Below are positions 60,186 through 64,000 of a DNA stretch of 64,000 bases, in pieces. The position numbers were made by a program, and so were the translations under genes. Source of the stretch: an uncultured Pelagibacteraceae bacterium (GTDB lineage: Bacteria; Pseudomonadota; Alphaproteobacteria; Pelagibacterales; Pelagibacteraceae); assembly GCA_902540275.1 (NCBI GenBank), contig CACBMB010000008.1, positions 9,623 to 73,622 on the forward strand. The letters are read 5' to 3'. The notes beneath the pieces were generated by a model that did no database searches, had not been told where the DNA came from, and saw only the letters and a list, made by a program, of their open reading frames with translations. Each line of letters starts with the position of its first letter. Position 1 is the stretch's first letter.

Positions 60186-60187
60186 AA

Positions 60188-60610
60188 CTAAAAATTTGCA
60201 GCATTTTTAGCGAGTAAATCTACTTCATTATTTAATTCATCAGTTGAATGGGCTTTTACCCAATTCCAACTAATTTCAAACTCATTACTTAGTTGATCTA
60301 ATTCTGTCCAAAGTTCTTTATTGCTTACTTCTTTTTTGTTTACAGTTTTCCATCCATTTTTTTTCCAATTGTGAATCCACTCCGTTATTCCAGACTTTAC
60401 ATATTTAGAGTCTGTAAAAATTTGAACTTTGCTTCCTTTTGGAATTTTTTTAAGAGCCTCTATAGGCGCTAATAATTCCATTTGATTATTTGTAGTATCT
60501 TTTTTACTTCCTTTTATTCCGGTTTTTTTTCCATCGTTTAATATTATTGCTGCCCAACCACCTCTACCTGGATTTCCAATACATGAACCATCAGTGTATA
60601 TTTTAATCAT
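60188..60610 (-). CDS. rnhA: ribonuclease HI
   Basis: IKIYTDGSCIGNPGRGGWA, MELLAPIEAL, TDSKYV, WNWVKAHS. Confidence 0.95.
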   Translation of the reverse strand: MIKIYTDGSCIGNPGRGGWAAIILNDGKKTGIKGSKKDTTNNQMELLAPIEALKKIPKGSKVQIFTDSKYVKSGITEWIHNWKKNGWKTVNKKEVSNKELWTELDQLSNEFEISWNWVKAHSTDELNNEVDLLAKNAANF

Positions 60611-61575
60611 TTACTTAGATAATCTTTGTAGGTTTTTAAATTATTATGTATTACAAGCTTTTGATAATATTCTCTTGGATCTTTGATTTTTATCAAAGCT
60701 GTTTTTGGGGTATTAGTATAATCATAGAGTCTAGTCAGAAAGTACCTCATTGCAGCTCCACGACATAAAATGTTTAATGACTTTTTTTCTTTTTGTGAGA
60801 TCTTTTTTATACTTTCATATCCTTTTATTAAATTTTTAACTTTATTTTTGTTAATACTAAATTTTGATTTATTTTTATCAAAACACAAAGCATTTACACA
60901 TATAGCAATCTCGTACATATAGAAATCATTGGCTGCAAAATAAAAATCAATTACACCAGATAGTTTATTATTTTTAAAAAAAATATTGTCAATAAAAAGA
61001 TCCCCATGAATTATTCCATTAGGTAATTTTTTTGGCCATCTCTTTTTAATATTTATAAAATTTCTTTTTAAAAATTTTTCAATATTTGTAAATTTTTTTG
61101 ATTTAAATTTTATGCTATTAAATAAAGAGTTTAAATTTTTAATTCCCATTGAGTTTTTTCTATAAAGTTTTATTTTTTTAGTAGCGGAGTGCATAGCAGC
61201 TATCATTTTTCCAACATCATAGCAATTTTTTAAGTTTAGAGTTTTTTTATCTTTTCCTTTAAGAAAAGAGACAATACATGCGGTCTTATTTTTTAATTTG
61301 AATATATAGTTTCCCTTTGAGTTTCTTAATGGTTTTGGACAATTAAAATTTAAATTGTTTAATTGATCCATCAATTTCATAAAAAAAGGTATTTCTTTTT
61401 TTAAAACTCGTTTCTCAAAAATTGTCAAAATAAACTTTTCATTTTTCGATTTAAGTAAATAATTTGTATTTTCTATACCTTGTTTGATACCTTTGAAGCT
61501 TATAAATTTGTGAGTTTTAAATTTACTATTAATAACAGAAAGATCTTTTTTATTTATATTTGTATAAACAGCCAT
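60607..61575 (-). CDS. thrB: homoserine kinase, type II (APH/kinase fold)
   Basis: GIENTNYLL and IIHGDLFIDNIFF...VIDFYFA motifs. Sits in the conserved ispH-thrB-rnhA context. Confidence 0.8.
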   Translation of the reverse strand: MAVYTNINKKDLSVINSKFKTHKFISFKGIKQGIENTNYLLKSKNEKFILTIFEKRVLKKEIPFFMKLMDQLNNLNFNCPKPLRNSKGNYIFKLKNKTACIVSFLKGKDKKTLNLKNCYDVGKMIAAMHSATKKIKLYRKNSMGIKNLNSLFNSIKFKSKKFTNIEKFLKRNFINIKKRWPKKLPNGIIHGDLFIDNIFFKNNKLSGVIDFYFAANDFYMYEIAICVNALCFDKNKSKFSINKNKVKNLIKGYESIKKISQKEKKSLNILCRGAAMRYFLTRLYDYTNTPKTALIKIKDPREYYQKLVIHNNLKTYKDYLSK

Positions 61576-62520
61576 TTAATTTAGTTTTTTAGGAATCTTA
61601 AAAACAACGTTTTCTTTGATTGCTTCTACTTCATCTATCTTGACTGTAAATCTTTTTTTTAAGTCATTAATAAAATTATTTACTAAAACTTCGGGGGCTG
61701 AAGCACCAGAAGATATTCCAATGGTATTTGATTTTTCAATTAGTTCATACGGAATTTCACTTTGCGAATGGATCAATTGTGAATTAGGACAACCAGACTT
61801 TTTAGCAACTTCAACCAATCTAACTGAATTAGAAGAATTTCTACTCCCAATAACAAAAAATAAGTCACATTTCTTTGCAATATTCTTTACAGCCATTTGC
61901 CTATTTGTTGTTGCATAACAAATATCTTCTTTCATCGGCTCTTTAATATTTGGAAATTTTTCTTTTAAAATTTTTATAATATCTTTTGTGTCATCCACAG
62001 AAAGAGTTGTTTGAGTGACATAAGAAATCTTATCTGAATTTTTTGGTGTATATTTTTTTGCTTCATTTTCATTTTGAATAAGATCTATAGATCCATCCGG
62101 TAATTGGCCCATTGTGCCAATAACTTCTGGATGATTTTGGTGACCAATTAATATTAAATGATATCCAGCTTTATGAAGATTTTCTGCTTCTCTATGTACT
62201 TTTGAAACCAAAGGGCAAGTAGCATCCACATAAGTCATATTATAATTTTTGGCATCTTCAGGTATTTTTTTTGGAACACCATGAGCAGAAAAAATCACTG
62301 GTCTTGATTTATCTTTTATTTCTTCAAGCTCCTCAACAAAAATGGCTCCTTTGTTTTTCAAATTATCAACAACGTACTTGTTATGAACTATTTCATGTCT
62401 AACATAAACGGGACTTCCATATTTTTGAATTGATTTTTCTACAATTTCAATTGCTCGTTCGACACCCGCACAAAAACCTCTAGGAGCAGATAATAAAATT
62501 TTAATTTCTTTGTTTTTCAT
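61576..62520 (-). CDS. ispH: 4-hydroxy-3-methylbut-2-enyl diphosphate reductase
   Basis: PRGFCAGVERAI, HEIVHNKYVV, SAHGV, TNRQ, SSNS. Confidence 0.95.
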   Translation of the reverse strand: MKNKEIKILLSAPRGFCAGVERAIEIVEKSIQKYGSPVYVRHEIVHNKYVVDNLKNKGAIFVEELEEIKDKSRPVIFSAHGVPKKIPEDAKNYNMTYVDATCPLVSKVHREAENLHKAGYHLILIGHQNHPEVIGTMGQLPDGSIDLIQNENEAKKYTPKNSDKISYVTQTTLSVDDTKDIIKILKEKFPNIKEPMKEDICYATTNRQMAVKNIAKKCDLFFVIGSRNSSNSVRLVEVAKKSGCPNSQLIHSQSEIPYELIEKSNTIGISSGASAPEVLVNNFINDLKKRFTVKIDEVEAIKENVVFKIPKKLN

Positions 62521-63445
62521 ATTTTTCCAAAAGATATTCCAACAATATATGTGGAAAGGTCAAAGACGCCAAACCTATAAATATAATTTTGAGAATTGAA
62601 CTATCAAAACTGTAAGTATTATTTAAAAAATATAGACTAATTAAACAAAAAATTGCTGTCAGAATTGTTAAAGGTAATGCTTTTTTAAAAAAAATTTTGA
62701 TACCTAGGCTTAAGTCTTCTCTATTTAGTTCAAATATTAGAGTAATACCGTGTCTTATTGAATGCAAAAAACAAAAGTAAAATGTAAAAGCAATTAGTGG
62801 AGAAAAATAATAGTTAATAATTATTATTGAAAAGTAATCTAAAAAAATAGTGAACTTTTTTAATTCAAAATTTTTCACAAATAGTAAAATATTTGATAGG
62901 GTGCTTAAAATTATACCAAAAAGTAAAATTTTACTTGTTTCTACAAAATCTAAAAAATTATAAAAAGCTTCATTTTCAATTAATAAAAATTTAAAAATAT
63001 TGATTGTTTCATCAAAATGAAAATACATGGGCGCTAAAACAATCAAGGAACCTTTTAAGAAAAATAATAATGAATCATAAAACGACTCATTGTTTATCAA
63101 AAAAGAAGTATCTTCTTTCCCAAAATGATATGATGCTACTATCAAAAAAAGAGTTAGTGAGATTGAGGGAAATATTACCCAAAAAAAAATTATTAAAATA
63201 GCTAATGAGACATACGATAAGTAAAAGATAAAAAAATTATTAATTTTGAACATTTCAAAAAGTTTTCTTCCTTTCATATTATCAAGGGAACCATGAGACA
63301 CACCAATACTCAAAATTAATAAGAAGCATATTAATGGTGATATTGTGAGGTTATTATTAACAAATGTTATTAATGAAAAAATATTGCAAAATAAAAAGAA
63401 AATAAAGGAGTGATTAAAATTTATTCTTTTAATTTGATTTCTCAT
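62501..63445 (-). CDS. blh: Brp/Blh-family beta-carotene 15,15'-dioxygenase (retinal synthesis)
   Basis: Multi-TM protein with four His motifs: GVSHGSLD, YHFGKED, LHSIRHG, FPHILLE. Overlaps the ispH start by 20 nt. Confidence 0.75.
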   Translation of the reverse strand: MRNQIKRINFNHSFIFFLFCNIFSLITFVNNNLTISPLICFLLILSIGVSHGSLDNMKGRKLFEMFKINNFFIFYLSYVSLAILIIFFWVIFPSISLTLFLIVASYHFGKEDTSFLINNESFYDSLLFFLKGSLIVLAPMYFHFDETINIFKFLLIENEAFYNFLDFVETSKILLFGIILSTLSNILLFVKNFELKKFTIFLDYFSIIIINYYFSPLIAFTFYFCFLHSIRHGITLIFELNREDLSLGIKIFFKKALPLTILTAIFCLISLYFLNNTYSFDSSILKIIFIGLASLTFPHILLEYLLEKYEKQRN

Positions 63446-63448
63446 TGG

Positions 63449-64000
63449 CTAATAAAATAATGCTTTAATAAAAGTCCATTTAGGCATTCTTAAAATTATA
63501 CTTACATCCTCTAAATAATTACTTTTATTAGACAAAAATTTTATAACAGTCTTTGGCGAGGTCTTAAACATATTAAAAAAAATATCTGACATTTTTTCTG
63601 GGTGTTTGTTTAAAACTCTTAAAAAAATATCATCTAAAAATTGGTATTTTTTACTAATTTCAAATCTACTGACATTAGAAATGTTTTCAAAATTCTCTCT
63701 TATAAACTTGCAATGATCCTGAATATTCAAAAAAGTATAACCAGTGCTTAATCTTGTCATACCACCAGCGGTACCAATGTTAATTTTATTTTTTTCTTTT
63801 TTATATAATGGATAAAATAGAGGTATTGCTCCTTCTTCTTTATAGATAATTTCATAATCTTTTTCTTTAATTTTTAGATGATTTTCAATATAAAGTTTAA
63901 TTTGTTGCTCATAGTCTTTTTGAGAATTATCATTCATTTTTGATAACCAAGTCGTTTCAACTAAAGCTTTATTTTTTGAGTATGGAAGTGTGTAGAAGAA
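63449..64000 (-). CDS. crtY: lycopene beta-cyclase CrtY, C-terminal part (5' end off window)
   Basis: The frame stays open upstream of the track's Met to the window edge (FFYTLPYSKNKALVETTWLSKMNDN...). IGTAGGMTRLSTGYTF wording is typical of CrtY/CrtL. Confidence 0.7.
   Translation of the reverse strand, partial: FFYTLPYSKNKALVETTWLSKMNDNSQKDYEQQIKLYIENHLKIKEKDYEIIYKEEGAIPLFYPLYKKEKNKINIGTAGGMTRLSTGYTFLNIQDHCKFIRENFENISNVSRFEISKKYQFLDDIFLRVLNKHPEKMSDIFFNMFKTSPKTVIKFLSNKSNYLEDVSIILRMPKWTFIKALFY

Overview
The window is AT-rich (roughly 30% GC by eye) and extremely gene-dense. Spacers are mostly 0-100 bp, and many junctions are ATGA/TAATG start-stop overlaps. Gene content and synteny are alphaproteobacterial: ctaC-ctaD-ctaB-ctaG-ctaE-surf1, ispH-thrB-rnhA, HAD-ribF-ileS-lspA, and crtY-blh retinal genes. 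By inference this best fits a streamlined marine SAR11/Pelagibacterales-type chromosome. I found no rRNA, tRNA, CRISPR array, transposase or integrase.

Main blocks:
- 1-4731: an msrA-sseA-RND efflux operon. The pump gene is missing from the ORF track because it runs off the window.
- 6570-14469: a complete purine salvage and oxidation cluster (OHCU decarboxylase, HIU hydrolase, xdhAB, guanine deaminase, PuuD-like membrane protein, Gpt-like PRTase, AzgA permease).
- 14969-15505 and 30328-32358: heat-shock genes (hsp20, groESL) with RpoH-type promoters. The hsp20 leader is ROSE-like.
- 40900-46542: lipid A/core genes with msbA and ubiA.
- 50895-56387: the aa3 cytochrome oxidase cluster.
- 60188-64000: rnhA-thrB-ispH-blh-crtY.

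The stand-out is a 1.9-kb three-gene islet (58255-60185) wedged between the convergent housekeeping genes prx and rnhA.
- It is bracketed by a perfect 20-bp GC-rich direct repeat, with arm-site-like tandem motifs just inside both ends.
- It encodes a protein that looks like an MrcB-N-type DNA reader fused to a NucS-like PD-(D/E)xK nuclease. An unknown helical protein is translationally coupled to it, and a secreted SLYAD-repeat protein follows.
- I read it as an integrase-less, att-flanked candidate modification-dependent defence islet.

All domain calls are from motif recognition by eye, not database searches.
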